Shown piece after piece: positions 8,123 through 20,983 of a stretch of DNA of 64,000 nt. The notes beneath the pieces are model-generated. The model was not told the DNA's origin. It ran no database searches and was given only the letters and a program-made list of their open reading frames with translations. Each line of letters opens with the position of its first letter. Position 1 is the stretch's first letter. Origin of the DNA: Oscillospiraceae bacterium (GTDB lineage Bacteria > Bacillota > Clostridia > Oscillospirales > UBA929); contig JAIRUW010000031.1 in the NCBI GenBank assembly GCA_031254195.1, positions 29,922-93,921 of the forward strand, in the 5' to 3' direction. The translations under genes were made by a program, and so were the position numbers.

Positions 8123-10576
8123 TCACAGCACAGGTTCAATCTTCCAAATCTCATTCGCGTACTGGCGGATGGTGTTGTCTGAGGCGAATACGCCGCTGCG
8201 GGCGATATTCATCAGGCTCATGCGGTTCCACAGTTTGCGGTCTTCGTATGTTTCGCTGACCTTTTCTTGCGCCTTCACATACGCGTCAAAGTCGCCCAAA
8301 ACGAAGAACTCGTCGCCGTAATCGAACAGGCTGCAAAGGATGTTGATGAACTCGTTGTCCGGCAGGTTGGGTGTGAGCTTGCCCTTCAGCAGCTCGACGC
8401 ACCGCTTGAGGCGAGGGTCGTGCGCGAGGACTTGATGCGGGTTGTAACTGCCATCGGCGTAATACGCCAGGACTTCTTCAACGTTCATACCGAACAGGAA
8501 CCCGTTTTCCTCGCCCACATAGTCGAAAATCTCTATGTTCGCGCCGTCTGCGGTACCCAATGTCAGGGCGCCGTTCATCATAAATTTCATGTTGGATGTG
8601 CCGGACGCTTCCTTAGAGGCCGTGGAAATCTGCTCGCTGACTTCGGAAGCCGGAAAGATCCGTTCGGCGATGGAGATGCCGTAGTTGGCCAGGAAGACAA
8701 GCGACAGCTTTCCTTTGCAGCGCGGCTCGTTTTCGATGGCTTGGCTCAGCTCGTTGGCCAGCTTAATGACATTTTTGGCGAAATAGTAGCTGGGCGCGGC
8801 TTTGCCCGCCATAATAAAGACCCTCGGCGCGCCGATGTCCTGACCCTCCCGGATGCGGTCGTAGAGGTAGAGGACATGGAGCAGGTTCATAAGCTGGCGC
8901 TTATAGCCGTGGATGCGTTTGACCTGCACATCGAAGATGGCCAGCGGATCTACGACGATATCTTGATGCTCTTTAATATACGCCGCCAGCTTTTGCTTAT
9001 TGTTGAGCTTGATGTCAGAGAGCTTTTGCAGGGCGGCCGTGTCGTCCTTGAGCGCCTCCAACCCCGTCAATTTCAGAGGGTCGTCGATCCAAAGAGGGCC
9101 AATCGTTTCGGTGATGAAGGAAGCCAGTTCCGGGTTGGATTTGATCAGCCAGCGGCGGTGCGTAATGCCGTTGGTTTTGTTGTTGAACTTTTCCGGGGAA
9201 AGCTCATAAAAATCTTTCAGCACCACATTCTTCAGCAGTTCGGAGTGGACGGCCGCGACGCCATTGACCGAGAAAGACCCGGCGATGGCCAAATGCGCCA
9301 TCCTTACAACGCCGTCGCCGATAATCGCCATGCGGGCCCAGCGCTCAGGCTGGTTTGGGTAGACCTCCATCAAATTGGCGCAGAACCGGCGGTTGATCTC
9401 CTCGATGATCATAAAGACGCGCGGCAACAGCTCGCGCATGGTATCGACCGGCCATTTCTCCAACGCCTCGGGCAGGATGGTATGGTTGGTATAGGCAATG
9501 GTCTTTGTGGTGATGGCCCAGGCGTCGTCCCAGCCCAGCCTCTGCCCCAGCTTAATATCGTCGTCGCCGTCCATCAGCAGGCGCATCAGCTCAGGCACGG
9601 CCAGCGCGGGATGGGTGTCGTTAATCTGGATGCAGATGTACTTGGCAAAATCCACCAAGCTCCGTTTCTTGCCCTTACGATAGCGGCGGAGGATTGACTT
9701 GAGCCCGGCGGAACAGAAGAAATACTGCTGTTTAAGGCGCAATACGCGATTATCATAGTTGGAGTCGTCGGGGTAGAGCACCTCGGAGATGGATTCGGCC
9801 AAATAACTGTTGACGCGGGCGCCGATATAGTCGCCGCGGGAAAACGACTCGAAATTAAACTCGTCGCCCACCGACTCCGCTGTCCACAGCCGCAGGGTAT
9901 TGACGGTATTGTGCTTATAGCCGTAACTCGGGATGGGGATGTCGTGCGGCACGGCGCGGATATTCTGTGTGTCATCAAGGTCGAGGAACTCACCGTCCTC
10001 GTCGCGCTTGGAGACCACATACCCGTTGAATTTGACCAAAACCGCCTTGTCAGGTTTGCGGATCTCCCAGTCGTTTTTCTCGCGCAGCCAGCCGTCGGCA
10101 AGCTCCACCTGATAGCCGTCTACGATCTGTTGCGTAAACAGGCCGTGGCGGTAACGGATGCCGCAGCCATGCCCCGGAAGCCCCATCGAGGCCATCGAGT
10201 CAAGGAAGCAGGCGGCCAGACGCCCGAGCCCGCCGTTGCCCAGGCCCGCGTCCGGCTCGGCGGCCAAAATAACGTCCAAACTCAGCCCCAGCTCTTTGAG
10301 GCCCTCCTCGCAGACGTCGCGCCACCCTAAATAAATGAGATGCGATTCCAGGCACTGTCCCATCAGAAACTCCAGCGAGAAATAGTAGACCTGCCGCGTT
10401 TCGCGGTTTTCATAGATTTTGTTGGTGTTGACCCAGCGTTCTGTCAACGCGGTCCGCACAAGCCTGGACAATGCCGAACACTGGTCCGCCACCGACGATT
10501 CGTCCAACGCTTTCGCGAACTGGCTGGCAATCGCGTGCTTGAACTGCTCTTTGAACATTTTTTTATTCAGAATCAT
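8123..10576 (-). CDS. glgP: Glycogen/maltodextrin phosphorylase
   Basis: 817 aa with 'EASGTSNMKFMMNGALTLGT.DGANIE' (PLP-lysine region) and 'GLGNGGLGRLAACFLDS'. Confidence 0.95.
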   Translation of the reverse strand: MILNKKMFKEQFKHAIASQFAKALDESSVADQCSALSRLVRTALTERWVNTNKIYENRETRQVYYFSLEFLMGQCLESHLIYLGWRDVCEEGLKELGLSLDVILAAEPDAGLGNGGLGRLAACFLDSMASMGLPGHGCGIRYRHGLFTQQIVDGYQVELADGWLREKNDWEIRKPDKAVLVKFNGYVVSKRDEDGEFLDLDDTQNIRAVPHDIPIPSYGYKHNTVNTLRLWTAESVGDEFNFESFSRGDYIGARVNSYLAESISEVLYPDDSNYDNRVLRLKQQYFFCSAGLKSILRRYRKGKKRSLVDFAKYICIQINDTHPALAVPELMRLLMDGDDDIKLGQRLGWDDAWAITTKTIAYTNHTILPEALEKWPVDTMRELLPRVFMIIEEINRRFCANLMEVYPNQPERWARMAIIGDGVVRMAHLAIAGSFSVNGVAAVHSELLKNVVLKDFYELSPEKFNNKTNGITHRRWLIKSNPELASFITETIGPLWIDDPLKLTGLEALKDDTAALQKLSDIKLNNKQKLAAYIKEHQDIVVDPLAIFDVQVKRIHGYKRQLMNLLHVLYLYDRIREGQDIGAPRVFIMAGKAAPSYYFAKNVIKLANELSQAIENEPRCKGKLSLVFLANYGISIAERIFPASEVSEQISTASKEASGTSNMKFMMNGALTLGTADGANIEIFDYVGEENGFLFGMNVEEVLAYYADGSYNPHQVLAHDPRLKRCVELLKGKLTPNLPDNEFINILCSLFDYGDEFFVLGDFDAYVKAQEKVSETYEDRKLWNRMSLMNIARSGVFASDNTIRQYANEIWKIEPVL

Positions 10577-10613
10577 GCAGCTCCCACCCCTTGTCTTGTA
10601 ATCAGGTTATGCT

Positions 10614-11249
10614 TTATTTCGCTCCGCTCAACATCCTTGTGATATGCAGCTTCAATTCCTTGAACGCGGAGCGGGTGTCAAGTTCCTCCAATGTGTCGAT
10701 CAGCGCGCCGGCCGCCTCGGGGGTGATATATTCTTTGTCTTTGGTAAAGCTGGAGGTTTGGATCTGCACGATGCGCCGCAGTATAGCCTCCCGATCTTCC
10801 TTTTGAGCGACCATCTCGGAAACGGTCTTGTTTTTGCTTGCGAACTGTATGAGGTCTTTATTCATTTTAATATAATTCATCCTGCCGTCCGGGCCGATAT
10901 TTTTGGCAATCCACGCCTTGTATTCCGCCGATTCGATCATATTGTATTCCGGCGTCGCGGGGACGACCTCGTCCTCCTCCGCCCGCTCGACGGCAACGGC
11001 CTTCACCTTGCCGCGCGCGGAATACGGCAGGCCCAGCGTCAACTCGTAAGCCTCCAGCGCCGCTTCGCCGACGGAGCCCCCGGGACGGTTGGCGGACAGC
11101 TCGCCGCGCCTGCTGATGGTATAGGTTTCGGACATGCCCGTCTCCTCATAGAGGAGCTTCAACCCCGCGCCGCCCGACGACATCTTGTACTTGTAGGCGA
11201 GGGCTTCCGCTTTTGTCAGCTCGACCACCGCGGTACGGATGATATTCAT
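10614..11249 (-). CDS. Hypothetical protein
   Basis: 211 aa. The composition is natural (K/E-rich) on the - strand, whereas the overlapping + strand ORF is R/L/G-rich antisense noise. No family recognised. Confidence 0.6.
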   Translation of the reverse strand: MNIIRTAVVELTKAEALAYKYKMSSGGAGLKLLYEETGMSETYTISRRGELSANRPGGSVGEAALEAYELTLGLPYSARGKVKAVAVERAEEDEVVPATPEYNMIESAEYKAWIAKNIGPDGRMNYIKMNKDLIQFASKNKTVSEMVAQKEDREAILRRIVQIQTSSFTKDKEYITPEAAGALIDTLEELDTRSAFKELKLHITRMLSGAK

Positions 11250-11345
11250 AAGCGTCTCCTTTTCTATTGTGCTTAAATTGCATTATAGCAAACATTTTAT
11301 GATTTGACAAGAGCATCCGATATATTGTAAAATATACATAATACT

Positions 11346-12269
11346 GTGTACGGGGGGATTTGCTTGACAGGCGCAACAATACGGGCTGTCCGCGCGGTGT
11401 GCTTTATTCTTGTTTTTTGTTTTGCCCTGTGCGGCTGCGAGTGGATGGCAAAACCTCCGCCGGCGCCTGCTCCTTCACCGGAGGACCCGTCGGAGTCTCC
11501 TTCCCCGCCGGAAGAGGAACCGGAACCGCATATCGTCAAAATACCCGAAGGGACGACCCTTGAGACGCGTTTCCAACCGCCTGAAGGCTTTTTCCGCGTC
11601 CCGACAGAGGAAGGCTCGTTCGGGGAGTTTTTGCGCAACCTTCCGCTCAAGCCGGACGGCGACGTGATTTACCTCTTTGACGGCACTATCAAGCCCGACG
11701 ACCAGTTTGAGGCTGTGATGAAGATGGAGGTCGGCCCGCGCGATTTCATGCGCAACACCAATTTTCTGCTGCGCCTGCGCGGCGAATACCTCTATCAGGC
11801 AGGGCGTTTGGAGGACATTGAGTTCCATTTCCTCTCCGGCTTTGCTTTCCCCTTTGTAAGATGGGCTGAAGGAGAACGGATCAGCGTCAGCGGCAACAAG
11901 GTGGACTGGTCCGCCCCCGCCGCCGCGCCCGACGACAGCCCGGAAGCCCTGCGGGGCTATCTCAATACGCTTTTTATCTACACCAACGCCACGTCCATAC
12001 GGCAAGACCTCCTGCAAGCGGTGCGTGTTGAGATGGGCTATGTGTTCATCAACGGCGGCGGCGCCGTCGTCGCTGACATAGCAGAGGACGAAAGCGGCCG
12101 CACGGCGTTGCTGCTTGTCCGGGGCGGCGACCCCGAGCAGGAGGGCTATGTGGTGAGAAATCCGAACGACAGGGACATCTCCCCGTGGTTTATCATACCG
12201 GAAAACGGCATCCTGCGCACACCGGAGGGGGAGCTTTCGGTCGGGGATTTGTTTCTGTTCAGAAAGTAA
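11346..12269 (+). CDS. Putative lipoprotein with a Pro/Glu/Ser-rich linker
   Basis: 307 aa. It has a signal peptide ending in the lipobox-like 'FALCGC', then 'PPPAPAPSPEDPSESPSPPEEEPEP'. It is preceded by TTGACA-17-GTAAAAT promoter-like hexamers at about 11304-11332. Confidence 0.65.
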   Translation: MYGGICLTGATIRAVRAVCFILVFCFALCGCEWMAKPPPAPAPSPEDPSESPSPPEEEPEPHIVKIPEGTTLETRFQPPEGFFRVPTEEGSFGEFLRNLPLKPDGDVIYLFDGTIKPDDQFEAVMKMEVGPRDFMRNTNFLLRLRGEYLYQAGRLEDIEFHFLSGFAFPFVRWAEGERISVSGNKVDWSAPAAAPDDSPEALRGYLNTLFIYTNATSIRQDLLQAVRVEMGYVFINGGGAVVADIAEDESGRTALLLVRGGDPEQEGYVVRNPNDRDISPWFIIPENGILRTPEGELSVGDLFLFRK

Positions 12270-12285
12270 AAACGCAAACTAATCC

Positions 12286-12314
12286 TTGTCCGAAAGGGCA
12301 AAGTGTGCTATACT
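12286..12314 (+). promoter_or_regulatory. Putative dnaA promoter (TTGTCC-17 nt-TATACT with TG extension)
   Basis: -35 lies at 12286-12291 and TGcTATACT at 12306-12314. The TTG used as the start in the ORF track is this -35 element. Confidence 0.5.
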
Positions 12315-12351
12315 GGAGAGAGATAGATTTAGATGGGCAAGGGGGCCTGTG

Positions 12352-13671
12352 ATGAGCGCCGGGTTAATGGAGCGGATACGCCAAGAACTCAGCCGGGGGA
12401 TGCCCCGCGCAGTAGTATCGGCGTGGTTTTCCGACGCCCTTATCGTGTCTTGTGAGGATCAGGTACTAGCCCTCTGTTCTCCCACCGAATATAAGCGTGA
12501 CTATATCCGGGCGCGGTATATACCGCAGCTGGAAGACGCCATGCTGGCCATTTTCGGCGTACCCTACGAGATTAGGCTGGTGGACGGGGTGCCGCAGCCG
12601 GCTGGACCGGAAGAGAAAGACTCGCCGGGGGCGCAGCCGGACGAGCCCGGGCGCGGCTGCCGCGACTTTATCTTTGACCGGTTTATCGTGGGCGAGAGCA
12701 ACAAATACGCCTATTCGGCGGCGCAGGCCGTTGCGGAATCGCCGGGGGAAGCGTACAATCCCCTCTTCCTCTACGGCGGCTCGGGGCTGGGCAAAACGCA
12801 TTTGCTCTACGCTATCCAAAACAAACTCCGCCAAATACACCCGGGGCATAGCATCCTCTATTTTTCGGCCGAACAGTTTACAAACGATCTGGTGGCGGCC
12901 TTGAAAGAAAAAAGCACGGATAAGTTCCGCGGCCGCTACCGCAGCGCCGACCTGCTTTTGGTGGACGACATACAGTTCATAGCGGGGCGCGATTTCTCGC
13001 AGGAGGAATTTTTCCACACCTTCAACGCGCTGTATGAGGAGGGCAGGCAGATTGTCCTCACCTCCGACCGGCGTCCGCGCGACCTGCAACGATTCGAGGA
13101 GCGGCTGCTCACCCGCTTTGAGTGGGGGCTGATCGTCGATGTCAAGCCGCCCGATTTCGAGACGCGGATCGCCATCGTGCAGGACAAGGCGCAGCGGCTG
13201 GGGATACCTATTCTGCCCGAGGTGGCGGAGTACATCGCTCAAGCCATCACCAGCAATGTGCGGCAATTGGAAGGCGCGGTGAAAAAGCTAATGGCGTCCC
13301 GCGATTTGATGGCGAGCAGTCTTGATTTGAACACAGCGCAGGAAGTTGTCGCCGACATGATCCGCCAAAGCCCCGGACTCAACCCCACCCCGCAGCTAAT
13401 TTTGGGCGAGGTATGCTCTTTTTATAAACTGGACGAGCGGCAAATCACCGGCAAAGGCCGTCAGGCCGACCTGGTCACCGCCCGTCAGACCGCCATGTAT
13501 CTTATCCGCGACATGACCAGCCTCTCTTTAGAGCAGATAGGCGATAAGCTCTTCTCCCGCGACCACTCCACCGTCGTCCATTCCGTCCAGCGCGTGGAGG
13601 ACCGCCGCAAGGAAGACCCCGCTTACGATAACGACATCAAAACGATTATAGAGAACATAAGGGGTGTATGA
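12352..13671 (+). CDS. dnaA: Chromosomal replication initiator protein DnaA
   Basis: AAA+ Walker A 'GGSGLGKTHLL', 'LLLVDDIQF', and the C-terminal DNA-binding 'HSTVVHSVQRVE'. ATG 12352 lies 6 nt after the SD AAGGGGG. Confidence 0.95.
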   Translation: MSAGLMERIRQELSRGMPRAVVSAWFSDALIVSCEDQVLALCSPTEYKRDYIRARYIPQLEDAMLAIFGVPYEIRLVDGVPQPAGPEEKDSPGAQPDEPGRGCRDFIFDRFIVGESNKYAYSAAQAVAESPGEAYNPLFLYGGSGLGKTHLLYAIQNKLRQIHPGHSILYFSAEQFTNDLVAALKEKSTDKFRGRYRSADLLLVDDIQFIAGRDFSQEEFFHTFNALYEEGRQIVLTSDRRPRDLQRFEERLLTRFEWGLIVDVKPPDFETRIAIVQDKAQRLGIPILPEVAEYIAQAITSNVRQLEGAVKKLMASRDLMASSLDLNTAQEVVADMIRQSPGLNPTPQLILGEVCSFYKLDERQITGKGRQADLVTARQTAMYLIRDMTSLSLEQIGDKLFSRDHSTVVHSVQRVEDRRKEDPAYDNDIKTIIENIRGV

Positions 13672-14795
13672 CCATGTCCACGCTGATGCGTTGCATATGC
13701 CGGCAAGACCTTCTGAATACGGCGCTGGGGCACGCGGCGCGGGCGGTTTCGTCCCGCGCCGTGGGCGAGATGCTGAAAGGGTTGCTGCTGGAATGCAAGG
13801 GCGATACGCTGACCGTCACCGGCAATGACCTTGAGATGGGGATCGTCGCCGTCGTCCCTGCCGAGGTAAAGGCGGAGGGCGCGGTGGTTTTAGACGCGCG
13901 GATGATTTGCGAGATGGTGCGCCGCGCGCCCGGCCAGGACGTCGAGATCACGGTCAATGAGCGGTATATGACGAATATCCAATGCGGTGCGAGTGTTTTT
14001 GACGTGACGGCGCTGCCGGCGGAGAATTATCCCGTCCTGCCCGAAGTGTCGGGGCTGCGTTCGCTCACAATACCGCAGGCCGCGCTGAAACGCCTGCTCG
14101 GCATGACCCTCTTCTCCGTCTCCGACGCGGAGACCAAACACATCCATACCGGGGTGCTGTTTGATACCGAACCTGAAAAGCTCACTCTCGTGGCGCTGGA
14201 CGGGCACCGCCTGGCGCTCAGCCATGTGCCGCAGGAGGGCGGCGGGGAGGCTTTTTCCGCCGTACTGCCCGCCGTAAGCCTGCGCGAACTGGAGCGGATG
14301 CTGGAGAGCGACGAGGAGGCGCAGGTCACCCTGCATATCGGCGCAAGGCATGTATTGATTGATTTGACCGGGCTGACACTGATTACCCGCGTCATGGAAG
14401 GCGAATTTTTCAAATATAAGACCGGCATCCCTAAAACGGGAACGTTTGCCGCCACGCTGGAGATCAAGCCGCTGATACAGGCGCTGGAGCGGGTGGGGCT
14501 CCTGATTACCGAGAAGCTCAAAAACCCGGTTCGGCTGGCCTTTTCCGATAGCAAACTGACGGTCAGCTGTCAGACGGCGCTGGGGCGCGCGCAGGACGAT
14601 ATTGATTGCGAGTGCCCCGATGAGCTGGAGATCGGCTTCAATCACCGCTATCTGCTAGACGCCCTGCGGCATATGGAGGGCGAACGCTTCCGCTTTGAGA
14701 CGTCCGGCGCCATCTCCCCCTGTCTGATGCTGCCGGAATCGGATGAGGATACATTGTTTATGGTTTTACCGGTCAGGCTGTCGGCCAATCCATGA
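13668..14795 (+). CDS. dnaN: DNA polymerase III beta sliding clamp
   Basis: 375 aa with a three-domain clamp pattern ('GDTLTVTGNDLEMG', 'ALDGHRLA', 'EIGFNHRYLLDAL'). Its start overlaps the dnaA stop. Confidence 0.93.
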   Translation: MTMSTLMRCICRQDLLNTALGHAARAVSSRAVGEMLKGLLLECKGDTLTVTGNDLEMGIVAVVPAEVKAEGAVVLDARMICEMVRRAPGQDVEITVNERYMTNIQCGASVFDVTALPAENYPVLPEVSGLRSLTIPQAALKRLLGMTLFSVSDAETKHIHTGVLFDTEPEKLTLVALDGHRLALSHVPQEGGGEAFSAVLPAVSLRELERMLESDEEAQVTLHIGARHVLIDLTGLTLITRVMEGEFFKYKTGIPKTGTFAATLEIKPLIQALERVGLLITEKLKNPVRLAFSDSKLTVSCQTALGRAQDDIDCECPDELEIGFNHRYLLDALRHMEGERFRFETSGAISPCLMLPESDEDTLFMVLPVRLSANP

Positions 14796-15844
14796 CCCTC
14801 CTCTCCATCACACTCAGAGACTTCCGCAGCTATACAGAAGCGGCGTTTGCCTTTTCCGGCGGCGTCAACGTCATATCCGGCCCCAACGGAGCCGGCAAGA
14901 CCAACCTGCTTGAAGCCATATACTATTTGGCGACAAGCAAGAGCGCCCGCGCGGCGCGTGACGCGGATCTGATCCGGTTTGACCGCCCCGGAGCAGAAAT
15001 CGGCGCGGCGTTTGTCTCGGGCGGCCGGGAGCAGGCGCTGTCTGTCCGGCTAAAGCGCGGGGGGCGGCGGTCGTTTTCCCTGAACGGCGCGGCTTTGCCC
15101 TCTCCCCGTGAGCTGATGGGCGTCCTGCCTGCGGTCTTCTTTGACCCCGGAGGCCTGTCGCTTTTGCAGGGGGGCGCGGGCGAGCGCCGGGCGTTCATCG
15201 ACGCCGTTCTGTGCCAGCAGAAGCCGCGCTACCTCGAAACCCTGCGCCGTTACCGCAAGCTGCACGAGTCCAAGACCAAGCTGCTCTCCCTCGCCGCCTC
15301 GCAGCCGGCCTATCTGGACATGCTGTCCGAATACAGCCGAAGCCTGGCCGATACCGGAGCTGTCCTGACCTCGTACCGGCAGCCGTTTATCGAAGAACTG
15401 GCCCCGGTCGCGGAGGGGCATCACGCCGCCATTTCGGGCGGGCGGGAGACACTGGCATTGCGTTACCATACCCGTGCCGCCGACGCGGACGAAGCCTTCG
15501 CGAAGATGGAAGAGCGGCGGGACGCCGAGCTGGCGCGGCGGCAATGCCTGGTCGGGGCGCACCGGGACGATGTGGACGCCTTTTTGGACGGGCGGCCGCT
15601 GAAGGGGACCGGCTCCCAAGGACAGACGCGCACCGCCGCCGTGGCGATGAAGCTGGCCGCGCGGGACGCGCTGGCCCAGACCCTCGGCGAACCGCCGCTT
15701 CTGCTGCTGGACGATGTGCTGAGCGAACTGGACGAAATGAGGCAGAAGTACATATTGGGGCATATCGGCGGGGGGCAGACGTTTATTACCTGCTGTGAAC
15801 CGGGTAAAATTACCTTAACGGGCACGAATATAACTTTGGGGTGA
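14792..15844 (+). CDS. recF: DNA replication/repair protein RecF
   Basis: Walker A 'GPNGAGKTNLLEAI', signature 'GSQGQTRT' and Walker B 'LLLLDDVLSELD'. It has an ATGA overlap with dnaN. Confidence 0.93.
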   Translation: MTLLSITLRDFRSYTEAAFAFSGGVNVISGPNGAGKTNLLEAIYYLATSKSARAARDADLIRFDRPGAEIGAAFVSGGREQALSVRLKRGGRRSFSLNGAALPSPRELMGVLPAVFFDPGGLSLLQGGAGERRAFIDAVLCQQKPRYLETLRRYRKLHESKTKLLSLAASQPAYLDMLSEYSRSLADTGAVLTSYRQPFIEELAPVAEGHHAAISGGRETLALRYHTRAADADEAFAKMEERRDAELARRQCLVGAHRDDVDAFLDGRPLKGTGSQGQTRTAAVAMKLAARDALAQTLGEPPLLLLDDVLSELDEMRQKYILGHIGGGQTFITCCEPGKITLTGTNITLG

Positions 15845-15850
15845 AGGCGC

Positions 15851-18048
<2,198 letters not shown>

Positions 18049-18050
18049 TA

Positions 18051-20549
18051 ATGAGTAAGCAAAGTCATAACGAAGAACTGGTTAGCTTTGAAAACCAAAA
18101 ACTGCTGCCGGTCGAGCTGGAAAGCGAGATGCGCAAATCGTTCATTGAGTATTCGATGAGCGTCATCACCTCGCGCGCCCTGCCCGACGTGCGCGACGGC
18201 TTAAAACCTGTCCACAGGCGGATCCTCTACACCATGTACGAGGAGAACCTGACGCCGGACAAGCCCTTCCGCAAGTCGGCCACCGCTGTCGGCGACGTCA
18301 TGGGCCGTTACCACCCCCACGGCGATCAGGCCATCTACGACGCGCTGGTGCGTATGGGCCAGCCCTTCTCGCTGCGGCACATGCTGATTGACGGGCACGG
18401 CAACTTCGGCAGCGTGGACGACGACCCGCCCGCGGCCATGCGCTATACCGAGGCAAGGCTCTCCAAGATCGCCATGGAAATGATGGCGGATATAGACAAG
18501 GAAACGGTCGATTTTAGACCCAACTACGATAATTTCCGCAAAGAGCCGTCCGTCCTGCCCTCCCGGATGCCCAACCTTTTAGTCAACGGCTCGTCCGGCA
18601 TCGCCGTAGGCATGGCCACCAACATCCCGCCCCACAACCTCAAAGAGGTGGCCGGCGCCATCCTGCTCGTCTTAGACAACCCCGACGCGGAGCTGGAGGA
18701 GATGATGGAGCACCTGCACGGTCCCGACTTCCCCACCGCCGGACAGATTTTCGGACGCGCCGGCATCCGCGCCGCCTACTCCACCGGGCGGGGGCGCATC
18801 CGGGTGCGGGCGAGGGCTGAGATCGAGGAATATAAGGGCAAGACGCGCATCGTCGTCAACGAGCTGCCCTATCAGGTCAATAAAGCCCGGCTGGTCGAGC
18901 ATATCGGCGCGCTGGTACGGGACAAGCAGATCGAAGGGATCGCGGCCCTGCGCGACGAATCGGGACGGGGGGGCATGAAGATCGTCCTCGACCTCAAGCG
19001 CGACGCCAACGCGCAGGTAACGCTGAACAAACTGTACGCACAGACCAACATGCAGGTCACCTTCGCTATCAACATGATTGCCCTTGTGGACGGGCAGCCG
19101 ATGACGCTGGGCTTGAAAGCCATCCTTAGCCATTATATCGCCCACCAGAAAGAGGTCATACGCCGCCGCACCGAATACGATCTGCGCAAAGCGCGGGAGC
19201 GTATGCACATTTTAGAGGGCTTGAAGATCGCCGTTGACAACATTGACGAGGTCATCAAAATCATCCGTTCCAGCTATAATGACGCGAAAGCGAGGCTGAT
19301 GGAGCGGTTTGACCTGTCCGACATACAGGGGCAGGCCATCGTCGATATGCGCCTGGGGCGCTTGCAGGGGCTGGAGATCGAAAAATTACAGGCCGAGATC
19401 GACGATTTGGCCGAAAAGATTGCCGATTACCTCGACATCCTCGGCAGCGACGGGCGCGTGAAGGATATACTGCGCGAAGAGCTGACGGCGCTGGCCGACA
19501 AGTTTGGCGACAAGCGCCGCACCGAGATCATTGAAAACGACGACGAGATCGACCTCGAAGACCTAATCGAGCGTGAGGACTGCGTGTATACATTGACGCA
19601 TGTCGGCTACATTAAGCGCGCCCCCAAGACCATCTACAGCGCCCAGCGGCGCGGCGGCAAGGGTGTCAAGGCGCAGTCGGTGCGCGAGGAGGACTATGTA
19701 GAAGAGCTGTTTGTGGCGTCCACCCATGACGACTTATATTTCTTCACCTCCAAAGGGCGCCTGTTCAAAAAGCGCGGCTACACCGTCCCCGAGGCGGGGC
19801 GCAGCGCCAAGGGCATGAACCTGGTCAATCTGCTACCGCTGGAACAGGGGGAAAAGGTCAAAGCGGTCATCCCGGTGCGGGACGGCGAGGAAGTCGGCTT
19901 CCTGTTCATGTCCACCAAAAACGGCGTGGTCAAACGCGCCAGTATGGACAAATTCGCCTCCGCCGGGCGCAAGGCCGGTTTGATTGCGCTGACCATCGAG
20001 GACGGCGACGAGCTGATTGCCGTACGCAAGACAGACGGCAGACAGGACATGCTGCTGGCGACGCGGGAGGGAAAGGTCATCTGCTTCCCCGAGGACGAGG
20101 TGCGCGATATGGGGCGCGCGGCGCGCGGCGTGACCGGCATCCGCCTCTCCGTGGGCGACTATGTCATCGGCGCGGGACGGGCGCGTCCGGGTGCGGCTCT
20201 GCTGACCGTCACCGAGAACGGCTACGGCAAGCGTACCGAGATCGACGAATATAAGCGGGGCGGCGAAGCCCAGCACCGCGGCGGCAAAGGGTTGCGCAAC
20301 CAGACGCTGAACGACAAGACGGGCAAGGTGGCCGGCATCCGCGTTGTCGACGAGGACGACGACATCCTGCTCATCTCCGACGACGGCACCATCATCCGCA
20401 TGGCGGCCAGCGGCATCAACCTTTACTCCCGCACGGCGCAGGGCGTCATCCTGATGCGCACCGGCGAGAATGCGCGGGTCATTGCGCTGGCGCGCACGTT
20501 TAAGGAAGAGGCGGAGGAAGACGGTGTGCCGGAGGACGCGGCTGAATGA
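18051..20549 (+). CDS. gyrA: DNA gyrase subunit A
   Basis: It has '[12 protein letters not shown]', the active-site region '[10 protein letters not shown]', and C-terminal beta-pinwheel repeats. ATG 18051 lies just after the gyrB stop. Confidence 0.97.
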   Translation: MSKQSHNEELVSFENQKLLPVELESEMRKSFIEYSMSVITSRALPDVRDGLKPVHRRILYTMYEENLTPDKPFRKSATAVGDVMGRYHPHGDQAIYDALVRMGQPFSLRHMLIDGHGNFGSVDDDPPAAMRYTEARLSKIAMEMMADIDKETVDFRPNYDNFRKEPSVLPSRMPNLLVNGSSGIAVGMATNIPPHNLKEVAGAILLVLDNPDAELEEMMEHLHGPDFPTAGQIFGRAGIRAAYSTGRGRIRVRARAEIEEYKGKTRIVVNELPYQVNKARLVEHIGALVRDKQIEGIAALRDESGRGGMKIVLDLKRDANAQVTLNKLYAQTNMQVTFAINMIALVDGQPMTLGLKAILSHYIAHQKEVIRRRTEYDLRKARERMHILEGLKIAVDNIDEVIKIIRSSYNDAKARLMERFDLSDIQGQAIVDMRLGRLQGLEIEKLQAEIDDLAEKIADYLDILGSDGRVKDILREELTALADKFGDKRRTEIIENDDEIDLEDLIEREDCVYTLTHVGYIKRAPKTIYSAQRRGGKGVKAQSVREEDYVEELFVASTHDDLYFFTSKGRLFKKRGYTVPEAGRSAKGMNLVNLLPLEQGEKVKAVIPVRDGEEVGFLFMSTKNGVVKRASMDKFASAGRKAGLIALTIEDGDELIAVRKTDGRQDMLLATREGKVICFPEDEVRDMGRAARGVTGIRLSVGDYVIGAGRARPGAALLTVTENGYGKRTEIDEYKRGGEAQHRGGKGLRNQTLNDKTGKVAGIRVVDEDDDILLISDDGTIIRMAASGINLYSRTAQGVILMRTGENARVIALARTFKEEAEEDGVPEDAAE

Positions 20550-20983
20550 AGACCGTCATCCTTTACACCGACGGCGCGTGCAGCGGCAATCCCGGCCCCG
20601 GAGGCTGGGGATGTATCCTCCGCTACGGGGAGCGGGAAAAAGAATTTTCCGGCGGGGAGAAACACACCACCAACAACCGCATGGAGCTGACAGCGGTCAT
20701 AGCGGGACTGGAAGCCTTAAAGGAGCCATGTATAGTAGAGCTGTATTCCGACTCAAAATATGTCACGGACGCTTTGGAAAAAGGCTGGGCGCGTTCCTGG
20801 CAGAAACGGGGCTGGGTCAAGCCTGATAAACAGCCCGCCCTCAACCCCGATCTGTGGGAACGGTTATTACAGCTGTGCGGGGAGCACGAAGTCCGGCCCC
20901 ACTGGGTACGCGGCCACGCCGACAATGAATACAACAACCGCTGCGACGCTTTGGCCGTCGCGGCGTCCGCCGGAGGCAGGTAA
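20546..20983 (+). CDS. rnhA: Ribonuclease HI
   Basis: 145 aa with '[17 protein letters not shown]', 'TNNRMEL' and 'SDSKYV', the DEDD core pattern. Confidence 0.9.
   Translation: MKTVILYTDGACSGNPGPGGWGCILRYGEREKEFSGGEKHTTNNRMELTAVIAGLEALKEPCIVELYSDSKYVTDALEKGWARSWQKRGWVKPDKQPALNPDLWERLLQLCGEHEVRPHWVRGHADNEYNNRCDALAVAASAGGR

Noticed and set aside
11250-11345. The AT-rich 96-bp divergent intergenic gap as oriC or a DNA-unwinding element.
   Set aside because: It is too short, it contains no recognisable DnaA boxes, and promoter hexamers for the flanking genes explain it adequately. It is kept only as a question in the dnaA finding.
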